Assembly: GCA_035560975.1 (NCBI GenBank)
Contig: DATMYL010000022.1
Coordinates: 921-64,920, forward strand
Direction: 5' to 3'
Source: Chlorobaculum sp.
GTDB taxonomy: Bacteria; Bacteroidota; Chlorobiia; Chlorobiales; Chlorobiaceae
Length of the DNA stretch: 64,000 nucleotides
Shown here: one piece after another, positions 9,947 to 20,470 of the stretch
Layout of the letters: the number at the start of each line of letters is the position of its first letter
How positions within the stretch are numbered: the first letter of the stretch is position 1
Made by a program: the position numbers and the translations under genes
The notes under the pieces: model-generated
Databases searched by the model: none
What the model saw: only the letters and a program-made list of their open reading frames with translations
Told to the model about the DNA's origin: nothing

Positions 9947-11215
9947 ATGTTCAGAACACTGTTCGATATCGCCATCCGGCACATTCTCGGGCGCAAACGC
10001 CAGACGCTTACGACGATGGCCGCCGTAGCCGTCAGCTCGATGGTGCTCATTACAACCATCTCGCTGACCAGGGGGCTTCTCGATTCGTTTACTGAAACCA
10101 TCATCAATGCAGCTCCCCATATCAACATCAAGGGGGAAAAAACCGATCCGATACCGACCGATCTGTTCTCCGGCGGCCCTGCGTCGAGGATCGCTTTTGT
10201 CGAAGACCATATCGGCAGGGACGAAAGGGATGAGGTTCGCAACTACGGGAGAGTCCTGGAAATCCTGGCATCCCCGGCCTTTTCCAGCAAGGTGCTTGCG
10301 GCATCACCGTTCGTCGAGTCGCAGGTTATGGCCGTCAAAGGGAATCGCAACCAGCCGGTGCTGCTCAAGGGTGTGATCATCGACAGGGAGGATCAGATCA
10401 GCCAGATTGGCAGGAGCCTGACTTCAGGAGACCTCATCCAGTTCAGGAAAAGCCCGGAAGCCCTGCTCGTCGGGCGCTCAGTTGCCAAGGACCTCGATGT
10501 CAGGCTCAATGACCAGATCACCGTTATCTCCCCCGACGGCAAAAGCCGGCAGTGCAAGGTTACAGGTATTTTTTTCACAGGGGTCAACGCTGCCGACAAC
10601 TGTATTCTCGGCTCGCTCAAGCTCGGCCAGATCATAGAGGGCTTTCCGGCCAACAAGGTCACAGGTATATCCCTTAAAATCAGCGACCCTGTCAATGGCG
10701 CACAGCTTGCAAGGGACCTGACGCGCATGACCGGATACAAATGCAATACCTGGCAGGAAGAGAACGCGAGCGTGCTGATGCTTTTTGCAAGGATCGGCTA
10801 CATCGTGATTTCGCTGGTCGCTTTCGTTGGCGTAGTTTCGGGGTTCGGCGTAGCCAACATCCTTGTGACCACCGTTTTCGAGAAAAGCCGCGACATCGCC
10901 ATCATGAAGTCGTTCGGCTTTTCTTCAGGCCAGATGGTGGGGCTGTTCATTTTCGAAGGTTTCCTGGTCGGCCTCGGAGGGGCGCTTTTCGGTTGTCTGC
11001 TGTCCGTCGGAGCCATCAACATCCTTGCCAATCTGCCCACCGAGAGTTCCCAGGGCCCATTGACCAAAACTGGATTGAGCATGTCATGGAACCCCTGGTA
11101 CTTCTTTCTGGTCACCGCCGTAACAGTAGCCATCAGCACGATTGCGGCGGCACTTCCCTCAGCCCGGGCTGCAAGGCTCGAGCCGGTAAAGGTCTTGAGG
11201 GACAGTAACTTGTAG
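9947..11215 (+). CDS. LolC/E-FtsX family ABC transporter permease
   Basis: N-terminal TM, large periplasmic domain, 'VFEKSRDIAIMKSFG' motif, C-terminal 'PSARAARLEPVKVLR'. Confidence 0.85.
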   Translation: MFRTLFDIAIRHILGRKRQTLTTMAAVAVSSMVLITTISLTRGLLDSFTETIINAAPHINIKGEKTDPIPTDLFSGGPASRIAFVEDHIGRDERDEVRNYGRVLEILASPAFSSKVLAASPFVESQVMAVKGNRNQPVLLKGVIIDREDQISQIGRSLTSGDLIQFRKSPEALLVGRSVAKDLDVRLNDQITVISPDGKSRQCKVTGIFFTGVNAADNCILGSLKLGQIIEGFPANKVTGISLKISDPVNGAQLARDLTRMTGYKCNTWQEENASVLMLFARIGYIVISLVAFVGVVSGFGVANILVTTVFEKSRDIAIMKSFGFSSGQMVGLFIFEGFLVGLGGALFGCLLSVGAINILANLPTESSQGPLTKTGLSMSWNPWYFFLVTAVTVAISTIAAALPSARAARLEPVKVLRDSNL

Positions 11216-11256
11216 CCGTGCTGCCATTGGGCATTTCCAACAGTTTTCATTCAGCA

Positions 11257-11632
11257 GCGGGGTTTAGCCCGATGGACATTCAAATCCTGGATTTTTTTCA
11301 GTTGCCCCGGGTTTCAACCTTTTACTTTCAGGAGTCCCGACGAGTCGGGAGACGGACATTGACTCTTTTCCCTCTTCAGTAGCCCCGGGTTTTAACCCGG
11401 GGATGACTGATTCAAACAATTATTCTGGACTTCAGTCGAATATCTTCAAAGATCCTGTCAAAGCTCACAATGTTGAGGTGTAAGATATTGGGCTGAAGCC
11501 CGAAGAGAGGGGGAGGGGCACTATCTCTCCCCGGACTGAAGTCCGGGGCAACTGGAATGTAGGATGTCTGAATGTCCGGATGACTGAAGTCATCCTGAAT
11601 ATGGGAGGCTGAAGTCCGGGGCAACTGGAATG
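11257..11632. repeat. Cluster of REP-like palindromes
   Basis: + strand: GTTGCCCCGGGTTTCAAC (11301) and GTAGCCCCGGGTTTTAACCCGGGG (11379). - strand: GTTGCCCCGGACTTCAGTCCGGGG (11529-11552) and a partial copy (11608-11625). Extra hairpins TCCCGAC-GA-GTCGGGA and GGATGACT-GA-AGTCATCC. Confidence 0.8.
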
Positions 11633-11639
11633 TGGGATA

Positions 11640-13487
11640 TCAGAGTCCGTCCGGCTGGGGGTTCGCCAGCGCCTGTATCGAGCGTTCGGGGTGCTGCAGC
11701 AGGTAAAGCTTGTAGTAGAGTCCCCTTCGGGCGAGCAGCTCCTGGTGGGTACCGGTCTCCCTGATGGTGCCTTTGTGCAGGACGATGATCCTGTCGGCGT
11801 GCTGGATGGTAGAAAGCCGGTGGGCGATGATGACGGAGGTCCGGTGCTTCATGAGCTTGTCTGTAGCCTCCTCGATCAGCGATTCGGTTTCCGTATCGAC
11901 CGAGCTGGTGGCTTCGTCGAGAACGAGAATGTCCGGATTGTACAGAAGCGCCCTGACGAAGGCGATGAGCTGCTTCTGTCCGGCTGACAGCCCTGAACCG
12001 TTTTCGCGAATTTTGTAGTCGTATCCTCCGGGCAGTTTTTGGATGAACCGGTCTGCCCCTACGGTGCGGGCAGCCGCTATGACCGTCTCTTCGGGGATCG
12101 ATGGGTCGCCGAAGCAGAGGTTTTCGCGGATGGAGCCCGCAAAAAGCACCACATCCTGCATGACCACTCCCACAAGATTGCGCAGTTCCCTGCCGGGGAT
12201 CTCCTTGATTTCGATCCCGTCGATCGTCACAGATCCTTTTCCGTACGGGTAGAATCTGGAGAGGATGTTGATGAGCGTCGTTTTTCCGCTGCCCGTGGCA
12301 CCGACGATGGCTACGGTCTCGCCGGCCCTGATTTCCAGGGATATGTCGCGGAGCACCCAGTTCTCGTTGTCGTAGGCGAACCATACGTTATCGAAGACGA
12401 TGCGGTCGCTGAACGACGATATCCTGACGGTGTCGTCGACGGGTTCGGGATCCACCGGCTCCTCGAGCAGCCGGAAAATACGGTCCGAACTCGTCACGGC
12501 GGTCTGCATGATGTTGAACCGGTCCGACAGGTGTTGAAGCGGCCGGAAAAAGAGCCAGATGTACTGTACGAACGAGACGACCACGCCGACCGAGAGATCG
12601 GTATTCATGATCCTGCTTGCGCTGAACCAGATCACCAGCCCTGCCGCGGCCGAACTCAGGAACTCGATGAGCGGATAGTAGATGGAAAAGTAGAATACTG
12701 TCCGGATGTTGGCATCCCGGTGATCGGCATTGATCTCCGAATGCTTTATGAATTCCGCCTCCTCCCTGGCGAAGAGCTGGACGATCTTCATGCCGGTTAT
12801 GTGCTCCTGGAAAAACGAGTTGAGCCTGGCCAGATGCGTTCTCACGTCGAGGAACGCCTGGCGCACACGGTTCTTGAATGCTATGGTCGCGTAGATCATG
12901 AACGGCAGGATGCTCAGCACCACGAGCGTCAGACGCCAGTCGCTCCAGAACATCATGACGACGATGAACACGAGCTGGAGGATGTCGCCGACGATCGTGA
13001 TCAGTCCGCTGGAGAGCATCTCGTCGAGCGCCTCTACGTCGTTGGTCGTCCTGGTGATGATCCTGCCGACGGGATTACGGTCGAAATAGCGGATCGGCAA
13101 GCGCTGCAGGTGCCTGAAAATGTCCATGCGGAGATTGTACACGGCTTTCTGCCCGATAAGCATGGTGAGCCATGTGGCCGCGTACTGCTTGAACCCGTCG
13201 AGAACGATGAGCACGAGCATGGCAAGGCTGATGATTGCCAGCCCTTTGTGGTCCCCATGGACGATGTAGTCGTCGATCGCCACCTTGGTCAGCCAGGGCC
13301 TGAGGGGGGTCAGGATAGCGCCGCCGGCGGTCAGGAGGATTGCGCCGGTGATCAGCCCTTTGAACGGTGTGATGTACGCAAGCAGCCTCTTGACGATATA
13401 GAGGTCGACTGACCCTTTCTTTCGGCCGCCGAGCGTTTCGTCCTGCTGTGTGCGGAATCCCGATGCCGGTTTGGCGGTTGCGCTCAT
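11640..13487 (-). CDS. ABC exporter, fused TMD-NBD (MsbA/MdlB-like)
   Basis: Six-TM N-terminal domain, GATGSGKTT Walker A, LSAGQKQ signature, ILVLDEAT Walker B, IAHRLST. Confidence 0.92.
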   Translation of the reverse strand: MSATAKPASGFRTQQDETLGGRKKGSVDLYIVKRLLAYITPFKGLITGAILLTAGGAILTPLRPWLTKVAIDDYIVHGDHKGLAIISLAMLVLIVLDGFKQYAATWLTMLIGQKAVYNLRMDIFRHLQRLPIRYFDRNPVGRIITRTTNDVEALDEMLSSGLITIVGDILQLVFIVVMMFWSDWRLTLVVLSILPFMIYATIAFKNRVRQAFLDVRTHLARLNSFFQEHITGMKIVQLFAREEAEFIKHSEINADHRDANIRTVFYFSIYYPLIEFLSSAAAGLVIWFSASRIMNTDLSVGVVVSFVQYIWLFFRPLQHLSDRFNIMQTAVTSSDRIFRLLEEPVDPEPVDDTVRISSFSDRIVFDNVWFAYDNENWVLRDISLEIRAGETVAIVGATGSGKTTLINILSRFYPYGKGSVTIDGIEIKEIPGRELRNLVGVVMQDVVLFAGSIRENLCFGDPSIPEETVIAAARTVGADRFIQKLPGGYDYKIRENGSGLSAGQKQLIAFVRALLYNPDILVLDEATSSVDTETESLIEEATDKLMKHRTSVIIAHRLSTIQHADRIIVLHKGTIRETGTHQELLARRGLYYKLYLLQHPERSIQALANPQPDGL

Positions 13488-14911
13488 GTCGTAGGCCTGC
13501 CTGTTGATGCGCTCCTGATTTCGGCGATGAAAGTGTCGGCAAGGGAGTCGGCCTCATCCTTTGAACCGGCTTCGGCATAGATGCGGATGATCGGTTCGGT
13601 GTTCGACGGGCGAAGGTGCACCCAGCCGGACGGAAAATCGAGCTTCAGCCCGTCGAGCCTGCTCTGCTCCGCATCCGGATGGTTCGTCGCCACGATATCG
13701 AAAATCGCGTCGATGACCTCTTTGGACATCTCTTCCAGCACCACCTTCTGCTTCGACATGAAATAGTCGGGGAAGGTGCGCCTGAAGCCGGACAGCGTGC
13801 CGCCCGTGGCGGTTTTCCATTCGGCGAAGGCCTGGATGAACAGGGCGATGCCGACCAGTGCGTCGCGACCGTAGTGCAGTTCGGGCAGGATGACGCCGCC
13901 GTTGCCCTCTCCGCCGATGGCCGCACCGCAGCTTTTCATGACTTCGACCACATTGGCTTCGCCTACTTTCGCGCTGAAGCATTCGACTTCATGGCGGGCG
14001 GCGATGTCCCGAAGGGCGCGGCTGCTCGACAGGTTGTTGACGACCGGGCCTTTCCGGTGGTTAAGGTAGAAGTCGGCACAGGCGACGAGCGTGTACTCCT
14101 CGCCGAACAGGGTTCCGTCTTCGCATACGAGGGCCAGCCGGTCTACGTCCGGATCGACGATGATTCCGAAATCGCAGCTTTCGTTACGGAGGATCCGCAT
14201 GGTTTCGCCGAGATTCTCTTCGATCGGCTCAGGGTTGCGCGGAAAGATTCCTGTGCCCTGGCAGGCGAGCGTTTTGATATCCCGGACTCCGAGTTGTTTG
14301 CACAGCTCCGGTACGATGAACGAACCGGCACCTTCGACGGCGTCGATGAGCACCCTGAAGTTCATGCGCGAAATGAGTGATTTGTCGATGCAGGGCAGAT
14401 TCAGGATTCTGTCGATGTGGACGGTGTCCCAGGAATTGTCTCCAACGACTGAACCGACAGTCTCCCATCCGGCAGGCTGGAACGCCCTGTCCCGGGCGAT
14501 TTCGAGCAGCAGCTCGACGTCGGGTGCGGTAAGGAACTCCCCGTTTTCGTTGAGCATTTTCAATGCGTTCCACTGGACAGGGTTATGGGATGCCGTGACG
14601 ATCAGCCCTCCGTCGGCCTGTTCACCTGCAGTTGCAATTTCGACGGTCGGCGTGGTCGTCATGCCCAGATCCACCACATCGCATCCGCAGAGGGCCAGCG
14701 TGCTGGCGACCAGCTCGGTGATCATCCTGCCTGTGGGCCGGGTGTCCCTGCCGATAACGATTTTCGGCTTTTCTGAAGAGTTGCCGCTGCGTTCGCGTTT
14801 CCGCCGTGTTGTCCATGCGGCGAATGCCATGGTGAATGCAGTGAGGTTTTCCGGGGTCAGGCTTTTGCCGACGACGCCGCGTATGCCGGAGACGCTGATC
14901 ATCAAGCTCAT
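13484..14911 (-). CDS. glmM: Phosphoglucosamine mutase / phosphohexomutase
   Basis: SVSGIRG, TASHNP (phospho-Ser loop), DPDVDR (metal loop), GGEGNGG, RPSNTEP. Confidence 0.75.
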   Translation of the reverse strand: MSLMISVSGIRGVVGKSLTPENLTAFTMAFAAWTTRRKRERSGNSSEKPKIVIGRDTRPTGRMITELVASTLALCGCDVVDLGMTTTPTVEIATAGEQADGGLIVTASHNPVQWNALKMLNENGEFLTAPDVELLLEIARDRAFQPAGWETVGSVVGDNSWDTVHIDRILNLPCIDKSLISRMNFRVLIDAVEGAGSFIVPELCKQLGVRDIKTLACQGTGIFPRNPEPIEENLGETMRILRNESCDFGIIVDPDVDRLALVCEDGTLFGEEYTLVACADFYLNHRKGPVVNNLSSSRALRDIAARHEVECFSAKVGEANVVEVMKSCGAAIGGEGNGGVILPELHYGRDALVGIALFIQAFAEWKTATGGTLSGFRRTFPDYFMSKQKVVLEEMSKEVIDAIFDIVATNHPDAEQSRLDGLKLDFPSGWVHLRPSNTEPIIRIYAEAGSKDEADSLADTFIAEIRSASTGRPTT

Positions 14912-15141
14912 AATGGCAATGGTTTTCTTGGTGATTGACAGGGGAACCCTGCGATGCGGGAATATAATTAAAAACCCTCGAAGCCTGAGCGCAAATCCGA
15001 ATGGCCTCCCGAATCACAAAATGCGAATATTTGTTCCGATGCTTTTTTTCTTTTTGTTGCTTTCTTGTATATTACATGCCTTTTGTTGCGGAAATCGCAC
15101 AAGATTTACCAGACTTTGCAAGACACTAACAGCACAAGTAT

Positions 15142-15417
15142 ATGCCTTTACACAAATCAGCCGAAAAAAGACTCAGACAGGCATCGCGCAGGAACGAAAG
15201 AAACCGGGCCAGGAAAAAAGAGCTCAAGGGTCTTTTGAAGAACATGAACAAGCTGATCGAAGCAAATGCCCAGAAAAGTGAAGTCGAGGCTGCATACCGT
15301 TCGGCAGTACAGAAACTGGACAGGCTCGGCGTGAAGAACTACATCCATGCCAACAAGGCATCGCGCAAGAAAGCCCAGCTGACCAGGATCCTGAACAATT
15401 ACTCGCAGACCGCCTGA
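15142..15417 (+). CDS. rpsT: 30S ribosomal protein S20
   Basis: KSAEKRLRQ...[16 protein letters not shown]. Confidence 0.97.
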   Translation: MPLHKSAEKRLRQASRRNERNRARKKELKGLLKNMNKLIEANAQKSEVEAAYRSAVQKLDRLGVKNYIHANKASRKKAQLTRILNNYSQTA

Positions 15418-15469
15418 TCCTTCAGGGGGTTTCCGGCATCTGCCGGCTAGCGATTCTTCTTTTCAGTAT

Positions 15470-15519
15470 ACCCGGACTCGAAGCTCATGCCTTTACAGGC
15501 TCGAGTTCCGAGTCCGGGT
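15470..15519. terminator. Long hairpin between rpsT and ruvA
   Basis: ACCCGGACTCG (15470-15480) pairs with CGAGTCCGGGT (15509-15519); partial inner pairing; no U tract. Confidence 0.4.
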
Positions 15520-15538
15520 GTAGTCCATCCAATCCGTC

Positions 15539-16144
15539 ATGTTTGCATTTATAAGAGGTGAATTGATAACGGCCTCCCAGGAGGAAGCGGTTGTCGAAGT
15601 TTCCGGAATCGGTTACCGGCTACACATCTCTTCAGGGACAAGCCGCAGGCTGCCCCCATCTGGCGACCAGGTCTTACTGTTTACCCATTATCATGTTCGT
15701 GAAGACGCCCATCAGCTGTTCGGGTTTCTCGATGAAGAGGAGCTTCAGCTTTTCAGGCTGCTGCTTTCCATCAGCGGCGTCGGGCCGAAGCTCGCTTTAG
15801 CCGTGCTCTCGGGCCTGAGGGTATACGAGATCCAGGAGGCGATCGTTTCGAACCGCCCCGAGACCCTTTACGGTATCAGCGGAGTGGGGAAGAAGACCGC
15901 CGCCCGCATCATTCTGGAGCTCAGGGACAAGATCCTGAAAATTCAGCCTTCAGCATCAGGCAGGAGTGGAGGCGACGGTCTTTCCTCCCAGTTGACCGAA
16001 GATGCCGTAGCAGCGCTCATAACCCTCGGTTTTCCAAAGGCCGTTGCCCAGAAGTCTGTATCCGGGATACTCGCGGCATCGCCGGGCCTCTCGGTCGAGG
16101 AGCTGGTCAAGTCCTCGCTTGGCGCTATTCGCAATAACACTTGA
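15539..16144 (+). CDS. ruvA: Holliday junction helicase subunit RuvA
   Basis: [46 protein letters not shown]. Confidence 0.97.
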   Translation: MFAFIRGELITASQEEAVVEVSGIGYRLHISSGTSRRLPPSGDQVLLFTHYHVREDAHQLFGFLDEEELQLFRLLLSISGVGPKLALAVLSGLRVYEIQEAIVSNRPETLYGISGVGKKTAARIILELRDKILKIQPSASGRSGGDGLSSQLTEDAVAALITLGFPKAVAQKSVSGILAASPGLSVEELVKSSLGAIRNNT

Positions 16145-16151
16145 GGTGAGC

Positions 16152-17456
16152 GTGGAGTATCAGGAAGCCATCGATTTTCTTTTTCCCCTTCACCGGTTCG
16201 GTATCAAACCAGGCCTTGACCGTATCAATGCGCTGCTCGATGCGCTCGGCCATCCGGAACAGCGGCTCGGCACGATCGTGCACATCGCAGGGACCAACGG
16301 CAAAGGTACCGTCGCTTCGTGCATGGCCTCCATATTCCAGGCGTCCGGTCGAAAAACGGGACTGTTTACCTCTCCGCACCTCATCGATTTCACCGAACGG
16401 ATTCGTATCGACGGGCAGCAGATCTCCAGGGAGAAGGTCGCCGAATACTGTACCCGGCTGAAGCCGGCCATCATCGAGCATGGTGCGACATTTTTCGAGG
16501 TGACGACGGCCATGGCCTTTGCATTCTTTGCCGAGGAGGGTGTCGATGCCTCGGTGATAGAAACCGGCATGGGCGGGCGACTCGACGCGACCAACACTGT
16601 CAGGGCCGATATCGTCATCATTCCAAGCATCGGGATTGACCATACGGCATGGCTCGGTGAGAGCCTGCGTCAGATCGCAGGTGAAAAGGCGGCCATCATC
16701 AAGCCTGGTTCACGGGTTTATACCGCCGTCCCGGAAGGGGATGCGCTCGACGAAATACGAAAGTCGGCTGAACAGTGCGGCGCCGAACTGCACCATGCGG
16801 GTCTGGATGCTTCCTTTACGGTATTCGACGCCCGGCCGGGACTGCTCGAGCTTGAGGTAAGCCCTTCGGGCGGTGAGCCTCATCGCTTCAGTGTGCCGTT
16901 GACCGGCTCTTTCCATGCAGCCAATGTGACTCTTGCCGTCCTGGCCTCCCTGTCGGCAGGCATAGTCTGGCAGGATATCGGGACGGGGCTGTCGCGTTTG
17001 GCGTCGGTCGGTTACCGGGCAAGGCTCGAACGTCTTTCGGAACGGCCGCTGGTGATGCTCGATGTCTCCCACAACCCTGACGGCATGGAAAAGACCGTTC
17101 AGGCCCTGGATGAGATGAGGAACTCTTTCCGTTCGGTTCTCGTTCTGGTAGGCATTGCAGCCGACAAGGATGCTGCGGGTATCATCCGTCCCCTCGAGCG
17201 CATGGCCGATGTGGTCGTCGCCGTCGATCTGCCGTCGGAGCGAAGCCTTCCTTCCGGAGCTCTTGCATCATTGTGCACCGCGGCCGGATTCCGTGAAGTT
17301 CATGCACGCCATTCTGCTGCCGAAGGACTGGAGCTTCTTTTTTCGCTGGCCTCCCCTGAAGATTTGATTCTTGTGACCGGTTCATTCTTTCTTGCCGGGG
17401 AAGTTGCCGCAATGGAGCGCTTCCGCTGTCGGGCTGATGATGCCGGAAATAGATGA
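16152..17456 (+). CDS. folC: Folylpolyglutamate synthase / dihydrofolate synthase
   Basis: HIAGTNGKGT, FTSPHL, ETGMGGRLDATN; GTG start at 16152 after GAGG. Confidence 0.93.
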   Translation: MEYQEAIDFLFPLHRFGIKPGLDRINALLDALGHPEQRLGTIVHIAGTNGKGTVASCMASIFQASGRKTGLFTSPHLIDFTERIRIDGQQISREKVAEYCTRLKPAIIEHGATFFEVTTAMAFAFFAEEGVDASVIETGMGGRLDATNTVRADIVIIPSIGIDHTAWLGESLRQIAGEKAAIIKPGSRVYTAVPEGDALDEIRKSAEQCGAELHHAGLDASFTVFDARPGLLELEVSPSGGEPHRFSVPLTGSFHAANVTLAVLASLSAGIVWQDIGTGLSRLASVGYRARLERLSERPLVMLDVSHNPDGMEKTVQALDEMRNSFRSVLVLVGIAADKDAAGIIRPLERMADVVVAVDLPSERSLPSGALASLCTAAGFREVHARHSAAEGLELLFSLASPEDLILVTGSFFLAGEVAAMERFRCRADDAGNR

Positions 17457-17748
17457 TCCGTGCTTTTTTGTGAAAAATTTTATATTTTTAAAACACTTCT
17501 GAAATCCTCCAGTTATTCGGGACCGGGTCCGGTCAATTAAAGCCCTCCTGATTATACCGGTGTCATTACAGACCATCTTCCTCATACAGCTTCTTTTCTG
17601 GCTTTCATGTCTATCTCAAAAGTATTGCAGGTGTCATGCATCATTCCCTGCGATCTGTCAATAAAGCTTTGATTTCTACCCCACAGCGACCACGCATGAG
17701 GCAGTTCTTTTGCTGCATATTTAACCACTAAGCGTTGAACAACCCACA

Positions 17749-19050
17749 ATGTCGAACAATTCGGTATCAAAAGCTCCAGACAAAGGTCTGGACATCAATG
17801 TGCTCCAGAAGAAAAAGGTTCATGAACTGAATGCCATAGCCAAGGAACTCGGCGTGATGACTGCCGGTTTTCGCAAGGAGGAGCTGATCTACAAGATCAT
17901 CGAGGCCCAGTCACTCAAGAACACGGATCCCGAGAGCGGGCAGGTGATGGTCAATACCGGTGTTCTGCAGGTCATTCCTGAGGGCTACGGTTTTCTACGG
18001 TCATCGAACTACAATTACCTCTCCTCCCCGGACGATATCTACGTTTCCCCTTCACAGATCAAGCGGTTCAACATGCGGACCGGCGACACCGTGTCCGGCC
18101 AGGTCAGGGCACCCAAGGAGGGAGAGCGCTTTTTTGCGCTTCTGAAGATCAACACGATCAACAACAAGGATCCTGAGGTTACCCGCGAGCGTCCGTTTTT
18201 CGAGAACCTCACACCGCTGTTTCCCCATGAAAAACTGAAACTCGAGACTCGTCAGAACGAGTATTCAGGGCGGATCATGGATATTTTCACGCCGATCGGT
18301 AAAGGGCAGCGAGGCCTTATCGTCGCCCAGCCGAAAACCGGTAAGACCATTCTTTTGCAGATGATCGCCAACGCCATAATCAAGAACCATCCCGAGATCT
18401 ATCTGATCGTGCTCCTGATCGACGAGCGACCTGAGGAGGTGACCGATATGGCGCGCACCGTTCCGGCAGAAGTGGTCAGTTCGACCTTCGACGAGGATCC
18501 CGAAAGGCATGTGCAGGTCGCCGATATGGTGCTCGAAAAGGCCAAGAGGATGGTAGAGGTAGGATACGACGTGGTGATCCTGCTCGACTCCATAACCCGC
18601 CTTGCCCGTGCTCACAATACCATCATTCCCCATTCAGGCAAGATCCTGTCGGGTGGTATAGATGCCAATGCACTGACCAAGCCAAAGCGTTTCTTTGGTG
18701 CGGCGAGGAACATCGAAGAGGGCGGCAGCCTTACCATTATTGCTACAGCGCTTGTCGATACGGGCTCAAGAATGGACGATGTCATTTTCGAGGAGTTCAA
18801 AGGTACAGGCAACATGGAGCTTGCGCTCGACAGACGCCTGTCCGAACGCCGCATCTTTCCTTCAATCGATATTCTCCGTTCCGGAACCCGTAAGGAAGAG
18901 CTGTTGTTTACACAGGAAGAGCTTTCGAGGACCTGGCTGCTCAGGAAGTATCTCGGCGACAAGAACCCGATCGAATGCATGGAGTTCATGCGCGAGAAGA
19001 TCGTCGAGACCAAGGACAACAGGGAGTTCTTCAAGTACATGAACGCCTGA
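17749..19050 (+). CDS. rho: Transcription termination factor Rho
   Basis: [50 protein letters not shown]. Confidence 0.98.
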   Translation: MSNNSVSKAPDKGLDINVLQKKKVHELNAIAKELGVMTAGFRKEELIYKIIEAQSLKNTDPESGQVMVNTGVLQVIPEGYGFLRSSNYNYLSSPDDIYVSPSQIKRFNMRTGDTVSGQVRAPKEGERFFALLKINTINNKDPEVTRERPFFENLTPLFPHEKLKLETRQNEYSGRIMDIFTPIGKGQRGLIVAQPKTGKTILLQMIANAIIKNHPEIYLIVLLIDERPEEVTDMARTVPAEVVSSTFDEDPERHVQVADMVLEKAKRMVEVGYDVVILLDSITRLARAHNTIIPHSGKILSGGIDANALTKPKRFFGAARNIEEGGSLTIIATALVDTGSRMDDVIFEEFKGTGNMELALDRRLSERRIFPSIDILRSGTRKEELLFTQEELSRTWLLRKYLGDKNPIECMEFMREKIVETKDNREFFKYMNA

Positions 19051-19274
19051 CGCCGTTATCAGTCGGCTGCGCGTTCTGACGGCGTCTCTGATCGGTGCCC
19101 GAAAGACTGTTGTTCAGAATTGCACTCAAATCGTTACGATTAATAACGATGGCGTTGTATATTCGAACATGGGAGAAAGAAGAAAAAATGGCTCCGATGC
19201 TTTTTTTAGTTGGTACTGTGGTTCAAAGTCTCTATATTATTTGCCTTTAAAAACAGAGGAAAGATCTTAAATTC

Positions 19275-19382
19275 ATGCCCTGCGGAAAAAAAAGAAAACG
19301 CCATAAAATGGCCGTACACAAACGCAAGAAGATGCGCCGTAAAAACAGGCACAAGAAGCGTTTGAGGTACCAGAACAAGTAG
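19275..19382 (+). CDS. Small basic ribosomal protein bS22 (AURKAIP1/COX24-domain-like), 35 aa; absent from the ORF track
   Basis: Hand translation: MPCGKKRKRHKMAVHKRKKMRRKNRHKKRLRYQNK*. Confidence 0.85.
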   Translation: MPCGKKRKRHKMAVHKRKKMRRKNRHKKRLRYQNK

Positions 19383-19408
19383 GCCCTTTAGACGGCTGAA
19401 GCTGGGAT

Positions 19409-19482
19409 GAGAATATAGCTCAGTTGGTTAGAGCATCTGCCTTTTAAGCAGAGGGTCGAAGGTTCGAGTCCTTCTATTCTCA
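19409..19482 (+). tRNA. tRNA-Lys(UUU)
   Basis: Acceptor GAGAATA/TATTCTC, D arm GCTC/GAGC, anticodon arm TCTGC-CTTTTAA-GCAGA, TTCGAGT loop; CCA not encoded. Confidence 0.95.
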
Positions 19483-19521
19483 CCGGAAAGCGTAAAAGCT
19501 TCCTGAATTTATAGAGACGAT

Positions 19522-19603
19522 GCCCGAGTGGTGAAATTGGTAGACACACTATCTTGAGGGGGTAGCGCCGAAAGGTGTAGGAGTTCGAATCTCCTCTCGG
19601 GCA
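19522..19603 (+). tRNA. tRNA-Leu(GAG)
   Basis: Acceptor GCCCGAG/CTCGGGC, anticodon loop TTGAGGG, long variable arm, GTTCGAAT T loop. Confidence 0.95.
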
Positions 19604-19620
19604 CATCGACGATACAAAAC

Positions 19621-19642
19621 AGCCGCAGCACGCGGCTTTTTT
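19621..19642 (+). terminator. Intrinsic terminator after the bS22-tRNA unit
   Basis: AGCCGC-AGCAC-GCGGCT followed by a T run. Confidence 0.7.
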
Positions 19643-19796
19643 GTTGTTCCTTCCGAACCCGGTCCCGCCAGGAAAAACGCTGTGGATCAGCGAGAATTTG
19701 GGTCTCTTTTTTGAAGAAGAAATGTTTAAAGGTACTTTACTGTTAATAGTCACGGGGTGATTACGGCCCCGCTGAAACGACAAATGTTGCCGAACC

Positions 19797-20408
19797 ATGG
19801 ATAAACTTCAGGTAGATATCCTCGGACTTTCTACAAGCCCACATACCAACGGCGCATATGCGCTCATTCTTTATGAGGTCGAAGGCAAGCGCAAACTGCC
19901 GATTATCATCGGCGGATTTGAAGCCCAGGCCATAGCCCTCAAACTTGAGAACATCAAGCCCCCGCGTCCGTTCACTCACGATCTGTTCAAACATATCGCA
20001 GATGCGTTCAGTCTCCAGGTTAACGAAGTGTTTATCGACGAGCTGCACAATGAGACCTTTTATGCCAAGGTTATCTGTGAAATGGGTGGCGTCGTGCATG
20101 AGATCGATGCCCGGCCGAGCGATGCAATAGCGATCGCGGTGAGGTTCAACGCGCCTATTTTCGTCTCTGAAGAGATCATGAATGAGGCGGGTATAGTCGA
20201 AGAGCAGCAGAAGGAAGAGGATGAGCCGGTTCTTCCTCCCGAGGAGATTGTCGATAAGCCTGAACCTGAGGCGGTCAGTGAGGAATCGCTTGCTGAGGAG
20301 CTGAACAGGAAGCTTGAAGATGCAATCAATCGGGAGGATTACGAGGAGGCTGCAAGGATCAGGGACGAACTTTCCCGAATAAAGGAGCGTGGTGGAAACA
20401 CCGATTGA
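19797..20408 (+). CDS. Bifunctional nuclease family protein (DUF151) with C-terminal UVR domain
   Basis: LPIIIGGFEAQAIA, RPFTHDL, IDARPSDAIAIA, AINREDYEEAARIRDEL. Confidence 0.9.
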   Translation: MDKLQVDILGLSTSPHTNGAYALILYEVEGKRKLPIIIGGFEAQAIALKLENIKPPRPFTHDLFKHIADAFSLQVNEVFIDELHNETFYAKVICEMGGVVHEIDARPSDAIAIAVRFNAPIFVSEEIMNEAGIVEEQQKEEDEPVLPPEEIVDKPEPEAVSEESLAEELNRKLEDAINREDYEEAARIRDELSRIKERGGNTD

Positions 20409-20422
20409 ATTCAGAAAGGAAC

Positions 20423-20454
20423 AAAAAAAGGGAGACCACCGTCTCCCTTTTTTT
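20423..20454. terminator. Bidirectional intrinsic terminator
   Basis: A7-GGGAGAC-CACC-GTCTCCC-T7 between convergent genes. Confidence 0.85.
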
Positions 20455-20470
20455 GTCGTTTATCGTTCAA

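Noticed and set aside
12039-13412. Long antisense ORFs (also 33401-34465, 42938-44113, 54873-56012, 60767-61825)
   Set aside because: Shadow frames opposite well-supported genes, expected from high GC3 bias; no recognisable motifs.
14935-14968. TTGACA...TATAAT perfect sigma70 boxes
   Set aside because: The spacer is 22 nt, too long for a single promoter.
19409-19603. tRNA genes as integration sites (also tRNA-Phe at 56155)
   Set aside because: No duplicated tRNA 3' end, integrase or foreign cargo was noticed downstream; the neighbours are core genes.
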